Source of the DNA: an uncultured virus (IMG/VR IMGVR_UViG_3300042540_000426)
Lineage: Duplodnaviria > Heunggongvirae > Uroviricota > Caudoviricetes
Virus record (IMG/VR): IMGVR_UViG_3300042540_000426
Reading direction: 5' to 3' (one strand)
DNA: 64,000 bases
In this document: in pieces, positions 53,916 through 63,946 of the stretch
Position numbering within the stretch: the first letter of the stretch is position 1
Layout of the letters: each line of letters starts with the position of its first letter
The notes under the pieces: generated by a model
Databases searched by the model: none
Told to the model about the DNA's origin: nothing
What the model saw: the letters and a program-made list of their open reading frames with translations, nothing else
Position numbers and translations under genes: made by a program

Positions 53916-55331
53916 ATGCAGACAATCCTAGAAGTATGGCGTGACTACAACGCACGCCGCCTTGACCGCCCAACAATGTGGTCAAGAGATGAGGTGCGCC
54001 AAGTTACACGCGACACCATGATTCGCAACATCAACAAAAGCAACGCAGCCCCATCAAATCAACGCCGACCCGCAAATTGGTATGGCGAGAATGGTCGCAA
54101 CATTCGGCGTGAGTTTGGTAGGGGTTTCGCTTCGGCTATTCAAGACAAGGACTACGAGGAGTGCATTGACTTGCTTGAAGCCACTGCGTTTTGGGCAATC
54201 AAAGAATACTCCACAACAGATTGGGTAGACTTAATCAGAACCAAATGCGACACAGACTATATCCACTCCTGTGATGATTGCGGACACATTGACCACGCAG
54301 ATAGGGGTTCGTGGGCATACGACGATAACTGGATATGCGACTCCTGCATTGAGGACAACTATCGGTGGTCAGACAACCGCGAAACCTACATCACAGTCGA
54401 TGACTGGCATGAGGAGAATGACGAGCAAGAGGAAGACGAGGATAGGGAAGACTACATCATCGGCGACTACCACGATAGCAAGAGTGTGGTCGGGCATATC
54501 CCATCTAGTTACGACGAGCGTAAGCCTAGGATTTTATTGGGTATGGAGTTAGAGGTCGAGGTCAACGACGAATACAGTCGCACTGACAAGGCGCAAGAAC
54601 TCTACGACTCAATCAAATACACCACCGCCAAAGACGGCATCACCCATCAATACTGTTTCATCGAGCATGACGGCTCACTCAATCGTGGCTTTGAGATAGT
54701 TACGGGGTATACGGGTCTTGATGTTCACGCCAAGCAACTCGAGTTCTTCAAGAAACCATGGCGGGGTGTGCGTAGCCATGACACTCGGACTTGTGGGCTT
54801 CATGTGCATATCGACAAGCGTGGGGTCAGCCTGTTTCATGCGTGCAAGATGGTGTTCTTCATCAACGACAGCAATAATCAGAAGCTAATCAAGGACATAG
54901 CGCGTCGGGCTAACGCAGACTACGCACAGATTAAGAACAAGAAGGCGTCGTATCAATGGCTCAAACAAGCCAAGAAAAGCCACAACCCACTTAACTGCCT
55001 CAACGAAGAACGGCGTGAGGCGTTGAACTTTCAGAACGAGGACACCATCGAGTTCCGCTTGTTCAAGGGCACGCTACGCTACGAAACCATCATGGCTTGT
55101 CTTGAGTTCACCTATGCCACATGGTTCTTCACACGGGACACAGGGGTCAACGAGTTGACCACACCCAACTTCATCAACTTCATATGCCAACCCCAAAACA
55201 GGGACTCAACCAAGTTCCTGCGTGCATACCTCAAGGAGAAGAACTACTCGCTACCCAAACTAGCCTTGGTCAAACCCAACCCCCGCTTTGATGACTACAA
55301 ACCACAGCCACCCGAGTCACTCGCCGCGTAA
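53916..55331 (+). CDS. putative amidoligase (COOH-NH2 ligase)
   Basis: GMELEVE, HDGSL, GFEIVT, TCGLHVH, TIEFRLFKGTL. Confidence 0.85.
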   Translation: MQTILEVWRDYNARRLDRPTMWSRDEVRQVTRDTMIRNINKSNAAPSNQRRPANWYGENGRNIRREFGRGFASAIQDKDYEECIDLLEATAFWAIKEYSTTDWVDLIRTKCDTDYIHSCDDCGHIDHADRGSWAYDDNWICDSCIEDNYRWSDNRETYITVDDWHEENDEQEEDEDREDYIIGDYHDSKSVVGHIPSSYDERKPRILLGMELEVEVNDEYSRTDKAQELYDSIKYTTAKDGITHQYCFIEHDGSLNRGFEIVTGYTGLDVHAKQLEFFKKPWRGVRSHDTRTCGLHVHIDKRGVSLFHACKMVFFINDSNNQKLIKDIARRANADYAQIKNKKASYQWLKQAKKSHNPLNCLNEERREALNFQNEDTIEFRLFKGTLRYETIMACLEFTYATWFFTRDTGVNELTTPNFINFICQPQNRDSTKFLRAYLKEKNYSLPKLALVKPNPRFDDYKPQPPESLAA

Positions 55332-55366
55332 CAACCACAAACTAAATCAAACGAAAGGAAAAGCAT

Positions 55367-56386
55367 ATGTGTTTATTAGTTACCCAATCCGCAACTTCTC
55401 CACAACTTACTGCCAAATGGCTGACTGACTTTCATGAGTCCAACGCTGATGGTGTCGGTGTCATGTATGTAGAGAACGGCGAGTTAATCGTAGAGAAACT
55501 GCTACCCAAGAACCCCTCCGACTTAATAACTTTCTATCACGCCCACATCGAGGGGCGCGACTGTGCGTTTCACCTACGCATGAAGACCCATGGGCATATC
55601 GACATGGAGAACTGCCACCCATACGAGGTGCTGAATAAGCAAGAGCATGGCATTGACCTATGGCTGATGCACAACGGCGTGTTGCATACCGACAACAAGG
55701 CAGACATTACTAAGTCCGATACATGGCATTACATTCGTGACTACCTACGCCCCATGCTTAACAACAACCCTGACTTTGCCTTTCACCCCGCCTTTGCTGA
55801 GTTGATTGGTGAGCATATCGGCACAGGCAACAAGTTCGTGCTGATGGACAACCTAGGTAGGCAGGTGATTATCAATGAAGAACAGGGTGTGTATTGGGGT
55901 GGGCGTTGGCTGTCCAATACCTACGCTTGGTCTGCCCCTGCGGGTATTTCTAGTTCTGTTGTTGATGATGTGGCGGACATGAAGTTAGCGGTTGAGCAAA
56001 TCGCCACAGACCCAGTGGTTTACAAATACACAGGGCACTACCCATACGCATCATGGGACTACGACGGCGAGATTTATGGCGGTTACAACTCAACCTACAA
56101 ATCTGCATACAACGACCTTGACGCACAGGCTGAGGAAGACCTTGAGATTGACGACATCTTGATTGAGTTGGAGTTGGCAGGGTTTGCTCGTGCGGGTGGG
56201 CTAAGTCGCAGACAAGCGGGTGAGTTCGTGCGTAAGTTTGGTGTTGACGCGTTTTACGAGGTGTCTTACATGGTGATGGACGAAGCCATTGATGAGGATT
56301 GGTATGTGCGCATCATGTCTGATTTTGCAACGGCACGCGAGTGCTTCCCATGGTTGGAGAAAGAGAGTAAGCAAGTATGGAATTGA
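55367..56386 (+). CDS. class II glutamine amidotransferase
   Basis: N-terminal MC, NADGVG, HLRMKTHG, NCHPY, MHNGVL, SDT. Confidence 0.88.
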   Translation: MCLLVTQSATSPQLTAKWLTDFHESNADGVGVMYVENGELIVEKLLPKNPSDLITFYHAHIEGRDCAFHLRMKTHGHIDMENCHPYEVLNKQEHGIDLWLMHNGVLHTDNKADITKSDTWHYIRDYLRPMLNNNPDFAFHPAFAELIGEHIGTGNKFVLMDNLGRQVIINEEQGVYWGGRWLSNTYAWSAPAGISSSVVDDVADMKLAVEQIATDPVVYKYTGHYPYASWDYDGEIYGGYNSTYKSAYNDLDAQAEEDLEIDDILIELELAGFARAGGLSRRQAGEFVRKFGVDAFYEVSYMVMDEAIDEDWYVRIMSDFATARECFPWLEKESKQVWN

Positions 56387-56502
56387 TACTGATTGATGTT
56401 GGTAGTTGGCTGATAGCGATTGGTCTGACGCTTGGCTTCATTGTGTTTGGGGCATGGGCTATCTCTGTTTTGATTGATGTCTTTTTGGGAGAAAGAAAAT
56501 GA
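56377..56502 (+). CDS. 41-aa membrane peptide (missing from track)
   Basis: MELILIDVGSWLIAIGLTLGFIVFGAWAISVLIDVFLGERK; overlaps both neighbours. Confidence 0.55.
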   Translation: MELILIDVGSWLIAIGLTLGFIVFGAWAISVLIDVFLGERK

Positions 56503-56729
56503 GTGACTTAGTTTTATTGATAGCAATTACATGGGCGTGCCTGATGACGGGCATAGCCCTGCATTTCCACAACGCGTATCACAAATCAATGCAAGGCGGT
56601 GCGCGTCTGTTGCAGATGCTAATAGGTCTAGGCACAGGCTCAGCCAAGATTGAGAAGAAAGCCGATGGCTCAGTTGTATTTGAAGATGATGAACACAAAA
56701 TCGTGATGATGAAAGGAGAACAAGCATGA
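56499..56729 (+). CDS. small membrane-anchored protein
   Basis: Hydrophobic N-terminus; ATGA overlaps. Confidence 0.65.
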   Translation: MSDLVLLIAITWACLMTGIALHFHNAYHKSMQGGARLLQMLIGLGTGSAKIEKKADGSVVFEDDEHKIVMMKGEQA

Positions 56730-57235
56730 ACCCAGCAATAAATGAAATGCCAGTAACACAAGAAGAAGACGAGGCGATGGACGCCTTGTGTCGGTTGGCA
56801 ACAGGCAGACCCATGTTGGAGATAAACCCAACGACACAAGACATACTCAACAACATAGCCATACCACAACCCACGCCCGACATTGGCACAATCATCAACA
56901 CTATCTGTGCACAACTACAACTCTTGACTACGGTCATCAAGCAAAACCAAGGGAATTCCCTGAACGCGGAAGACCAATCCCTGCAAGAGTGCGTGAACCT
57001 CACGCTACAACAAGCGGGGTGGTTCAAAGAGATGGTCAAAGAAGTTATTGATGATGTGGATATGGAATATGAAATTGAAAGTGCCGTTGAGTCTTACTTT
57101 AGCAACTCGTTCAGCCTTGATGACCATGTAGATATTACCGCAGAGGTTGAGAACAGAATCGAGGAGATTGTTGAAGAGCAACTAGCAGACATAGTTTCAG
57201 ATAAGTTGCGCAACTTGCGTATTACATTTGACTAA
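56726..57235 (+). CDS. acidic hypothetical protein
   Basis: SD AAAGGAG; D/E-rich C-terminal half. Confidence 0.7.
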   Translation: MNPAINEMPVTQEEDEAMDALCRLATGRPMLEINPTTQDILNNIAIPQPTPDIGTIINTICAQLQLLTTVIKQNQGNSLNAEDQSLQECVNLTLQQAGWFKEMVKEVIDDVDMEYEIESAVESYFSNSFSLDDHVDITAEVENRIEEIVEEQLADIVSDKLRNLRITFD

Positions 57236-57244
57236 GGAGGGCGT

Positions 57245-57697
57245 ATGCCAAGCACGTGTAGGTTTATGGATTTATACAAAGGCGACAACGAGTGGCTCGC
57301 AGGAGAAAAACCAACTGACCCGCAAGAGTTAGGCGAGTGGCACATTGCGTGGGCTAAGTTGCGAAAAGACTGCGAGCATCAAATACTTTTTGTTGAAGAG
57401 ATGTATAACAACCAAGAGTATGGCGACAAACCCGAATGGGTTGACGTGACGCTAAAAGATGAGGGCGTGCTTTTATTCAAAATGGCACGCGGTGTTGTCA
57501 AATCAATCGACGCAAACTCAATTACATACAGCAATGAAAAATATTTTCACGCCACTGCAAGTGATGAATTTAGGATTGGCTTTTCAAAACTTAGCATAAG
57601 CGAACATGGTGCATTTGTAACGCTGTATGAAAGCGATAGCGCTGAAGAAATAGAAGTAAACATCACCGAGTTTTTTAACCAAACGATAGGAGAGTAA
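57245..57697 (+). CDS. hypothetical protein
   Basis: SD TAAGGAGG. Confidence 0.7.
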   Translation: MPSTCRFMDLYKGDNEWLAGEKPTDPQELGEWHIAWAKLRKDCEHQILFVEEMYNNQEYGDKPEWVDVTLKDEGVLLFKMARGVVKSIDANSITYSNEKYFHATASDEFRIGFSKLSISEHGAFVTLYESDSAEEIEVNITEFFNQTIGE

Positions 57698-58677
57698 TGA
57701 TGGTAATGACATACCAACAAGTAGTAGAGAAGTTCAACGACATCAAGAAGCCACCACGCAGTAAGAAATACAACGAGTTTCAACGCCCACTACGCAGGGT
57801 CTCAGAGAACTGGCTGATGTTGCAGAAAGACCCACACAGTTACGTATTCAAACTGTGCAACACAGAGGCGGTGCGGTATCTCGAGCCTGAGTGCAACGAC
57901 AAGTTCCAAGTGGCGTTGCGTGGCATGACAAGCACCTACGACGAGCAACAGATGTGGCGCTATACACGCTTTCATAGTCACAACAAGTTGGCAACAATAC
58001 ATGGCACACACGTTATAGTTCCACTCAACCCCGCATATACGCAACAGGGCAAGGACTTTAGTGCGGTGCTGACATTCACCAACGCAGGGCTACTGATACC
58101 CGAAGAGTCATGGCACGCAGACATTTACTGCTTGCGTTCTACTGACGAGGACAAGGCGCGGCGCAAGAAACTCAAGGTTGACCTCGAGGCATACATCACG
58201 CTTCAGCAGTTCAAATTACAAAGCCTCAAGGAAGAAGCCAAGATTACATACAGGCTCGGTCGTCCGTTTGCATCGTCGGCGCTGTCGCATGGTGCTCGTG
58301 CCAAGATGTTCACATTCCTCAACGAAGACCCGCTACCACTCGACTTGCCTGAGTTCGCCATGATGTTTGACGAGGTGGCTCGTGATTGCTTCAACGTGTT
58401 GGCAAGTAAGCGGGTATACAACGTCAATCAACGGCTCTTGTATGGTGGTGGTTGGAACAGTAACCCAAGCGACGAGGCGGACAAGCGTGAGCAAGCCGAG
58501 GACATAGCCCACGAACTGACGCCCGAGGAGTTCAAAGAAAGTCTCACCAACAAGTTGCTGACATTGGCAAATATCAACAAAGGCAGTAACTACGTGCCGA
58601 TTGGACAGTTTCCCAACGCGTTGCCGAGAACTTATTACTTAGTTGATAAGGGTAATTCCCAAGGAAAGGGGGTGTAA
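57697..58677 (+). CDS. hypothetical protein
   Basis: 326-aa ORF, SD AGGAG. Confidence 0.75.
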   Translation: MMVMTYQQVVEKFNDIKKPPRSKKYNEFQRPLRRVSENWLMLQKDPHSYVFKLCNTEAVRYLEPECNDKFQVALRGMTSTYDEQQMWRYTRFHSHNKLATIHGTHVIVPLNPAYTQQGKDFSAVLTFTNAGLLIPEESWHADIYCLRSTDEDKARRKKLKVDLEAYITLQQFKLQSLKEEAKITYRLGRPFASSALSHGARAKMFTFLNEDPLPLDLPEFAMMFDEVARDCFNVLASKRVYNVNQRLLYGGGWNSNPSDEADKREQAEDIAHELTPEEFKESLTNKLLTLANINKGSNYVPIGQFPNALPRTYYLVDKGNSQGKGV

Positions 58678-58704
58678 AGTCGTAGCAGTTTCTATAAATT
58701 AGTA

Positions 58705-58713
58705 TGTTATACT
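58705..58713 (+). promoter_or_regulatory. extended -10 promoter for the AAA/VWA operon
   Basis: TGtTATACT in an AT-rich intergenic gap. Confidence 0.5.
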
Positions 58714-58756
58714 TTCTAAAAAGCAGTAGTAAATTAAACCAAACGAAGAGGAATAT

Positions 58757-59872
58757 ATGCAATTACTAAACTTCAAGCAAGTAAAGCAAGCCGTTAAAGC
58801 AGTTGGTCACAAGCGCACCATCATCATTCAAGGTGAGAATGGTGTCGGCAAGACTGGTGTATACCACGCACTCGAGCAAGACCCCGACTTCGCAAACCAT
58901 GTGGGTGTCAAGCTTGACTGCACGCAGATGTCAGATGGTTCTGTGTGGATGCCCGACATTGACAGAGATGCAGGGGTCAGTAGGGAACTACCAAATGAAA
59001 GATTTGGGGTGAGCAAACTCAATCAGAAAGGTGTCAATGGTGCGCGCCCATCTCTCGTGTTTCTTGACGAGATTGCCAAGGCAAAGCAATACATCAAAGA
59101 CGTTCTTGCGCCGATTGTTTATGAGCGACGTGTTGGTAACTACGAGATGGCTGAGGGTAGCGTTGTGTTCTGCGCAACTAACTTGGCAGTTGAGGGCTTG
59201 GGCGATTCTATCCAAGCGCACTTACGCAACAGGCTAGTGTTCCTCACCATGCGCAAACCAACCCAACCCGAGTGGCGTGAGTGGGCTATTGATGCGGGTA
59301 TCAACCCCATCGTGATTGCTTGCACCGACGAGAACCCACATTGGTTCGACTCGTTCCTTGACTACGAGGTAGGTGGCAAGTATGCAGGCAAAGACCAAGC
59401 ACGTGAGAACGACCTCATCTTCAACCCACGCTTGTCGCAACAGGCATACATCACACCACGCTCGTTGCACTCAGCTAGCGACATCGTCACAGAGAAAGAT
59501 GGCTACGACACCGACACATTGCAAGCGCTACTCACAGGCACTATCGGTCGTGCCGGTGCTGAGATTATGGGTGCGTTCATTCGGTTCGGTGAGGATACCC
59601 CTGCGTTTAGCAAGATCGTTTCCTCTCCAAGCACTTGCTCTATCCCAAGCAATCCTGTGGCGCAGATTATCACCGTCTTGAAATGCGTTACACAAACAAG
59701 CACGAGGGAAGAAGCCGAGGCTTGCACCGAGTATGTCATGCGCAACCGCAGAGAACTGCAGTCAATGTTCTGCAACAACATCGCCAACTCAACACGTGCG
59801 TCGTTGTTTGTAACAGTCAAGCCGTTCCAACAGTTGATGCAAGACAACCGCATTTATTTCGCAACTAAGTAA
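58757..59872 (+). CDS. MoxR-like AAA+ ATPase
   Basis: GENGVGKT, LVFLDE, CATN, HLRNR, TPRS. Confidence 0.88.
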   Translation: MQLLNFKQVKQAVKAVGHKRTIIIQGENGVGKTGVYHALEQDPDFANHVGVKLDCTQMSDGSVWMPDIDRDAGVSRELPNERFGVSKLNQKGVNGARPSLVFLDEIAKAKQYIKDVLAPIVYERRVGNYEMAEGSVVFCATNLAVEGLGDSIQAHLRNRLVFLTMRKPTQPEWREWAIDAGINPIVIACTDENPHWFDSFLDYEVGGKYAGKDQARENDLIFNPRLSQQAYITPRSLHSASDIVTEKDGYDTDTLQALLTGTIGRAGAEIMGAFIRFGEDTPAFSKIVSSPSTCSIPSNPVAQIITVLKCVTQTSTREEAEACTEYVMRNRRELQSMFCNNIANSTRASLFVTVKPFQQLMQDNRIYFATK

Positions 59873-59881
59873 GGAAAGAAC

Positions 59882-61093
59882 ATGAGTAAAACATGGGAAA
59901 AATTAGATGCACACAACCGCATTATTGCGGTGCACGTAGACATCAGCAACAACGCAGACTTCGCAGGGTTGTCGGGTGTCGTTTACGTGGGCGACATCAA
60001 GTTCGTTACAGAGTGCCCGACTGCAGGCACAGATGGGCGTGATGTTATTTACAACGAGCAGTTCGTCATGGGCTTGACACGCAAGCAGTTGCGCTTTGTT
60101 GTGTTGCATGAGGCTATGCACAAGGCTTTACAACATTGCACCAACTACCAAGCCATCAGCGAGAAGTATCCCTTGCTTACCAACATGGCGATGGATTACG
60201 TAGTCAACGCTACGCTGTTTGAGATTGACCCCAACTTCCAATTCATTGAACGCACCACCGAGCCTGTGCCTTTGTTCGACCCCAAGTATCAGGGGTGGTC
60301 GTTCATTGAGGTGTTGCAGGATTTATTAAAGAATGTGAAAGTAGTTGAAGTAGGCGGTGTTCAGTATGTTGAGGGCGATGGTCAGGGTCAGCCACTCGAC
60401 ACGCATACCTTTGGCAAGCTACCCAAGGATAGCAAGGAAGCCAACGAGAACGGCAGACAGATTGACGACGCACTACGCCAAGGCAAGGTTCTCGCCAACA
60501 AGTTGGCAGGTAAGAGGTCAGCCAACAATCCGTTGGACAAGGCAACACAGAAACGTGACACCAACTGGCGTGAGCATATGCGTGAGTGGATTACTGCCCT
60601 GTGTGAAGGCGACGACTATTCTCGCTTTGCCCCACCCAACAAACGTTTGCTACCACAGGGTATCGTCATGCCTTCGCATTTCTCAGAGGCAACAGGCGAG
60701 TTGATTGTGGCAACCGATACGTCAGGTTCTATGTATGACATCTTGCCTACTGTATTCGGTGAGATTGCTCGTATCTGCGACAACGTCAGACCCGATGCAG
60801 TTCGTGTCATTTGGTGGGACTCAGCAGTATGCGGTGAGCAAGTGTTCAAGCCACATGAATACGAGAAGATTGCAGGCTTGCTCAAGCCTAACGGTGGTGG
60901 TGGCACTTCACCTGAGTGTGTTGTGCAATACATTACCGAGAAGAAGTATCAGCCCAAGGGTATCGTTTGGTTAACAGACGGCTACCTCGACGGCTCTAAC
61001 TCAGAGACAGGCATGCCTGCGCTTTGGGGTGTGGTTGACAACGACCACTTCACGCCCCCCGAGGGCAAAGTAGTTCGCATTTATTCGCAGTAA
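59882..61093 (+). CDS. metallopeptidase-VWA protein (DUF2201-like)
   Basis: TAGTDG, VLHEAMH, MIDAS DTSGSM, GGGGT, LTDG. Confidence 0.88.
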   Translation: MSKTWEKLDAHNRIIAVHVDISNNADFAGLSGVVYVGDIKFVTECPTAGTDGRDVIYNEQFVMGLTRKQLRFVVLHEAMHKALQHCTNYQAISEKYPLLTNMAMDYVVNATLFEIDPNFQFIERTTEPVPLFDPKYQGWSFIEVLQDLLKNVKVVEVGGVQYVEGDGQGQPLDTHTFGKLPKDSKEANENGRQIDDALRQGKVLANKLAGKRSANNPLDKATQKRDTNWREHMREWITALCEGDDYSRFAPPNKRLLPQGIVMPSHFSEATGELIVATDTSGSMYDILPTVFGEIARICDNVRPDAVRVIWWDSAVCGEQVFKPHEYEKIAGLLKPNGGGGTSPECVVQYITEKKYQPKGIVWLTDGYLDGSNSETGMPALWGVVDNDHFTPPEGKVVRIYSQ

Positions 61094-61116
61094 CTTTCTA
61101 ACCAAACGAGGAACTT

Positions 61117-61530
61117 ATGAAACAGATCAGAACTTCTGTATTACATGAAAAAGCATTAACCAACGCAATCAAACTACTCAACGCTATTGGTGCGCAGTAT
61201 GCAATCAAAGACGTAGAGGGTAATCTGCATGGCGACTTGACCGCAGTAAGCAAGAAGAGGAAAGCGCCATCAAAGTATCCGTATGGTTCAATTTCCACAT
61301 ACATCAGACCATACGTTGAGGCGTGCGGGGTAAATCAAACGGTAACTATTCCGATCGGGCAGTTTGATGTTGACCACATCTATGGGTCTGCATCATCTAT
61401 GGCTACTAAGCTGTGGGGTAATGGCTGTCACAAAGTTGGCACGACGACCGACAAGAAAGCCGTTGTTCTTACCCGCACAGAGAAGCTTGACGACCTTGAC
61501 GATTTGTTCTCACAACTAGGGATTAAATAA
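61117..61530 (+). CDS. hypothetical protein
   Basis: SD GAGGA within the ACCAAACGAGGAA motif. Confidence 0.7.
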   Translation: MKQIRTSVLHEKALTNAIKLLNAIGAQYAIKDVEGNLHGDLTAVSKKRKAPSKYPYGSISTYIRPYVEACGVNQTVTIPIGQFDVDHIYGSASSMATKLWGNGCHKVGTTTDKKAVVLTRTEKLDDLDDLFSQLGIK

Positions 61531-62402
61531 TGACACGATACAACATCGACACATGTGCGTTGCTTGTTGAACTAAGTGTTTCACAATGGACTGCTAGGAA
61601 ACTAGACAAGTCCACGACTGAGGAACTTGTGAAAGACAAGAACGCACAAGACAAAGGCGCGGCACGTGTAAACAAACACCTGCTCGCAGGGCGTAGTGAA
61701 CTAGAAGTTATTAACCAATACGTTACAGAGACTCGTGGCTTTGTGTATGACAACACGTTGCCATGGAGTGACTCGGGTATACGCTTGTTGCCAAGCGCTA
61801 AGTTCATGGAGTTTAATGACCAGTTACGAGAACGAGAAGATAAGTTTTACGGACTGGTTCAAGAGTTCGTTACTGTTTACCCATCACTTATTACTGCACA
61901 AGCCATGGCTCTTGGAGATATGTTCAACAGAACAGACTACCCGTCTGCGGACGACATCGCACACCGCTTTAGTTTCAACGTCAACTACATGCCCGTCCCT
62001 GCATCTGGTGACTTTAGGGTTGACGTGGGCAACGAGGCGCAGAAAGAACTGCAAGAGAAGCTAGCCAAGCTTGCCGACCAACGTGTCGAGTCAGCTATCA
62101 ACGGCTTCAAGCAACGGCTTCTCGAGCATCTCAAGCGTATGTCGGACAGGCTAGGTGTTGACGTCATCGCAGGCGAAGCTAGACCACGCAAGTTCCACGA
62201 GACGTTGCTAGAAAATGCCCATGAGTTGTGTGAGTTGGCTGAGTCTCTCAACATCATCAACGACCCGCAGATCGAAGAAGCACGCAAGGCGCTGAAGAAA
62301 GCTATCAACGGCGTTGACATCAAGGACTTACGCAAGGACATGGGTGCACGCACCGAGGTCAAGTCTCAGGTTGATGATATTCTCAACAAGTTTTCTTTTT
62401 AA
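61530..62402 (+). CDS. helical protein (DUF3150-like)
   Basis: WTARKLDK...TLPWSDSGIRLLP...DYP; a type of gene often found near AAA/VWA pairs. Confidence 0.6.
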   Translation: MTRYNIDTCALLVELSVSQWTARKLDKSTTEELVKDKNAQDKGAARVNKHLLAGRSELEVINQYVTETRGFVYDNTLPWSDSGIRLLPSAKFMEFNDQLREREDKFYGLVQEFVTVYPSLITAQAMALGDMFNRTDYPSADDIAHRFSFNVNYMPVPASGDFRVDVGNEAQKELQEKLAKLADQRVESAINGFKQRLLEHLKRMSDRLGVDVIAGEARPRKFHETLLENAHELCELAESLNIINDPQIEEARKALKKAINGVDIKDLRKDMGARTEVKSQVDDILNKFSF

Positions 62403-62411
62403 GGAGGTAAT

Positions 62412-62702
62412 GTGAACGCATTTAAGACGCAAGCTATTCGTGCCAAGCACAAGGTGACTATGCCCGAGGAGTATGTATTGGGTATGGTCAGAGCGCTTGA
62501 GCCGATTAGCACAACGCGTATTCTTAATCTTGCTGAGAAACAAGATGTCATGTCGCCTGCGACTACGCACAAGTATCTCAAGCAGATTGAACGCAAGAAA
62601 CTTATACACAAAGTCAAGTCCGAAGACCAACGCATGCACGAGTTTGAAACGACAGGCAGAGGTCTTAGCTTTCTCGAGGAGTTACGTCATGCCTATAGAT
62701 GA
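62412..62702 (+). CDS. winged-helix DNA-binding protein
   Basis: MSPATTHKYLKQI...DQR...TGRG; SD AAGGAGG with GTG start. Confidence 0.6.
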   Translation: MNAFKTQAIRAKHKVTMPEEYVLGMVRALEPISTTRILNLAEKQDVMSPATTHKYLKQIERKKLIHKVKSEDQRMHEFETTGRGLSFLEELRHAYR

Positions 62703-62889
62703 AGCCGAAGTATTGAAGCTGATGCGTGAGAACGCGGCGCTATGCAACCTTGAAGCTGAGGTTATCTTGGCTCTCAAAGCTAACGCAGTTGGCGATGAAC
62801 AGATGTTGCAGAATCAAATCCAACAGATCATGCTATGCCTACAACGTATTGATGATGTGCGCAGACGTTACGGCAAGGAGGATGCATGA
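62689..62889 (+). CDS. hypothetical protein; start moved to ATG 62689
   Basis: SD GAGGAG; MPIDEAEVLK. Confidence 0.6.
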   Translation: MPIDEAEVLKLMRENAALCNLEAEVILALKANAVGDEQMLQNQIQQIMLCLQRIDDVRRRYGKEDA

Positions 62890-63173
62890 CCCCCGAGGCT
62901 AAAGTAAAGAAGAGGGTAGTCAATGTTCTTAAAGAAAACGGCGCTTACTATTTTTTCCCTGCTACTGGTGGCTATGGGCGTAGTGGGGTTCCTGATATTG
63001 TTGGTTGTTATCGGGGTGTGTTCTTTGGTATTGAGTGTAAAGCAGGCAGTAACAAGCCTACTGCACTACAAGAAGCCGAGATGCGCAAGATACGTGAAGC
63101 GAATGGAATAACACTCGTTGTCAACGAGGACAACATTGACGACGTAAAGATTATGTTAAGGGATATATCATGA
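62886..63173 (+). CDS. VRR-NUC nuclease/resolvase
   Basis: TPEAKVK...GVPDI...IECKAG..PTALQ. Confidence 0.88.
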   Translation: MTPEAKVKKRVVNVLKENGAYYFFPATGGYGRSGVPDIVGCYRGVFFGIECKAGSNKPTALQEAEMRKIREANGITLVVNEDNIDDVKIMLRDIS

Positions 63174-63391
63174 ATAAAGAAGAAGCATACAAGATTGTGC
63201 AAGACGCGCTACATCAATGCACCGTCAAAGAAGCGCAGCACTGCGCGGTTGTTGTAATAGTCAACGAAAAAACTAGCACAGTCAAAGTCTATGGGTTGAA
63301 CATCGACGAGATGGAAGTGCCGTCGCTTTTACTAGAAGCCGCTCAACAAGTGGCTGAGGGTTTTGATACAGAAGGGAGAACGCTGCAATGA
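63170..63391 (+). CDS. hypothetical protein
   Basis: ATGA overlaps on both sides. Confidence 0.65.
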   Translation: MNKEEAYKIVQDALHQCTVKEAQHCAVVVIVNEKTSTVKVYGLNIDEMEVPSLLLEAAQQVAEGFDTEGRTLQ

Positions 63392-63606
63392 AAACACCAT
63401 ACAACAACGGTAAGGTAAGTATCGGCTCAACATGGTACTTAAATAAAATAATAAACCCGCCATACGTAGAGTATGACGACAACATGCTAGAACTACAAAG
63501 CTACTTGATTCAAGACCCACGCGTGTTAAACAAAGAGTATTGGGCAAAGCGTATATACGTTGCTGTGCTCTTGTTCATTTGCACCATCATCTTAATGGCA
63601 CACTAA
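63388..63606 (+). CDS. small protein with C-terminal TM
   Basis: TPYNNGKVSIG...MLELQSYL plus hydrophobic tail. Confidence 0.65.
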   Translation: MKTPYNNGKVSIGSTWYLNKIINPPYVEYDDNMLELQSYLIQDPRVLNKEYWAKRIYVAVLLFICTIILMAH

Positions 63607-63608
63607 CC

Positions 63609-63770
63609 ATGTACTTAATATACGACGAGGACAAAGAACTAATGCGCACAGTTGCTAGGCAAGAAGAAGCTAGGCAAATAGTTGAACAACGTGAGGGCTG
63701 GACATTCAAGTGTGTGCGCATGCCTGTAGCCAAGCCCGATTTATCTCAACTAGGGGAGGCACCATTTTGA
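63609..63770 (+). CDS. hypothetical protein; start moved to ATG 63609
   Basis: MYLIYDED...GEAPF. Confidence 0.6.
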   Translation: MYLIYDEDKELMRTVARQEEARQIVEQREGWTFKCVRMPVAKPDLSQLGEAPF

Positions 63771-63946
63771 TTACGACCATAGTTAACTTACTAATACTTT
63801 TCGTGGCTACGTTTGCCATGGTAATTTTTATGCTTGTGTTTGGTTTCTTCGTGTTCATTATGATTGCCTGTACTTATATTGGGTGGAACGAGATCAAAGA
63901 CAAATCAATTAGCAGTATTTGGAAACGAATTCAAAAGGAGCAGTAA
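63767..63946 (+). CDS. small membrane protein; start TTG 63767
   Basis: SD GGGGAGG; long hydrophobic stretch. Confidence 0.55.
   Translation: MITTIVNLLILFVATFAMVIFMLVFGFFVFIMIACTYIGWNEIKDKSISSIWKRIQKEQ

Noticed and set aside
52504..63547. Minus-strand ORFs in the early block
   Set aside because: Shadows of tightly coupled + strand genes
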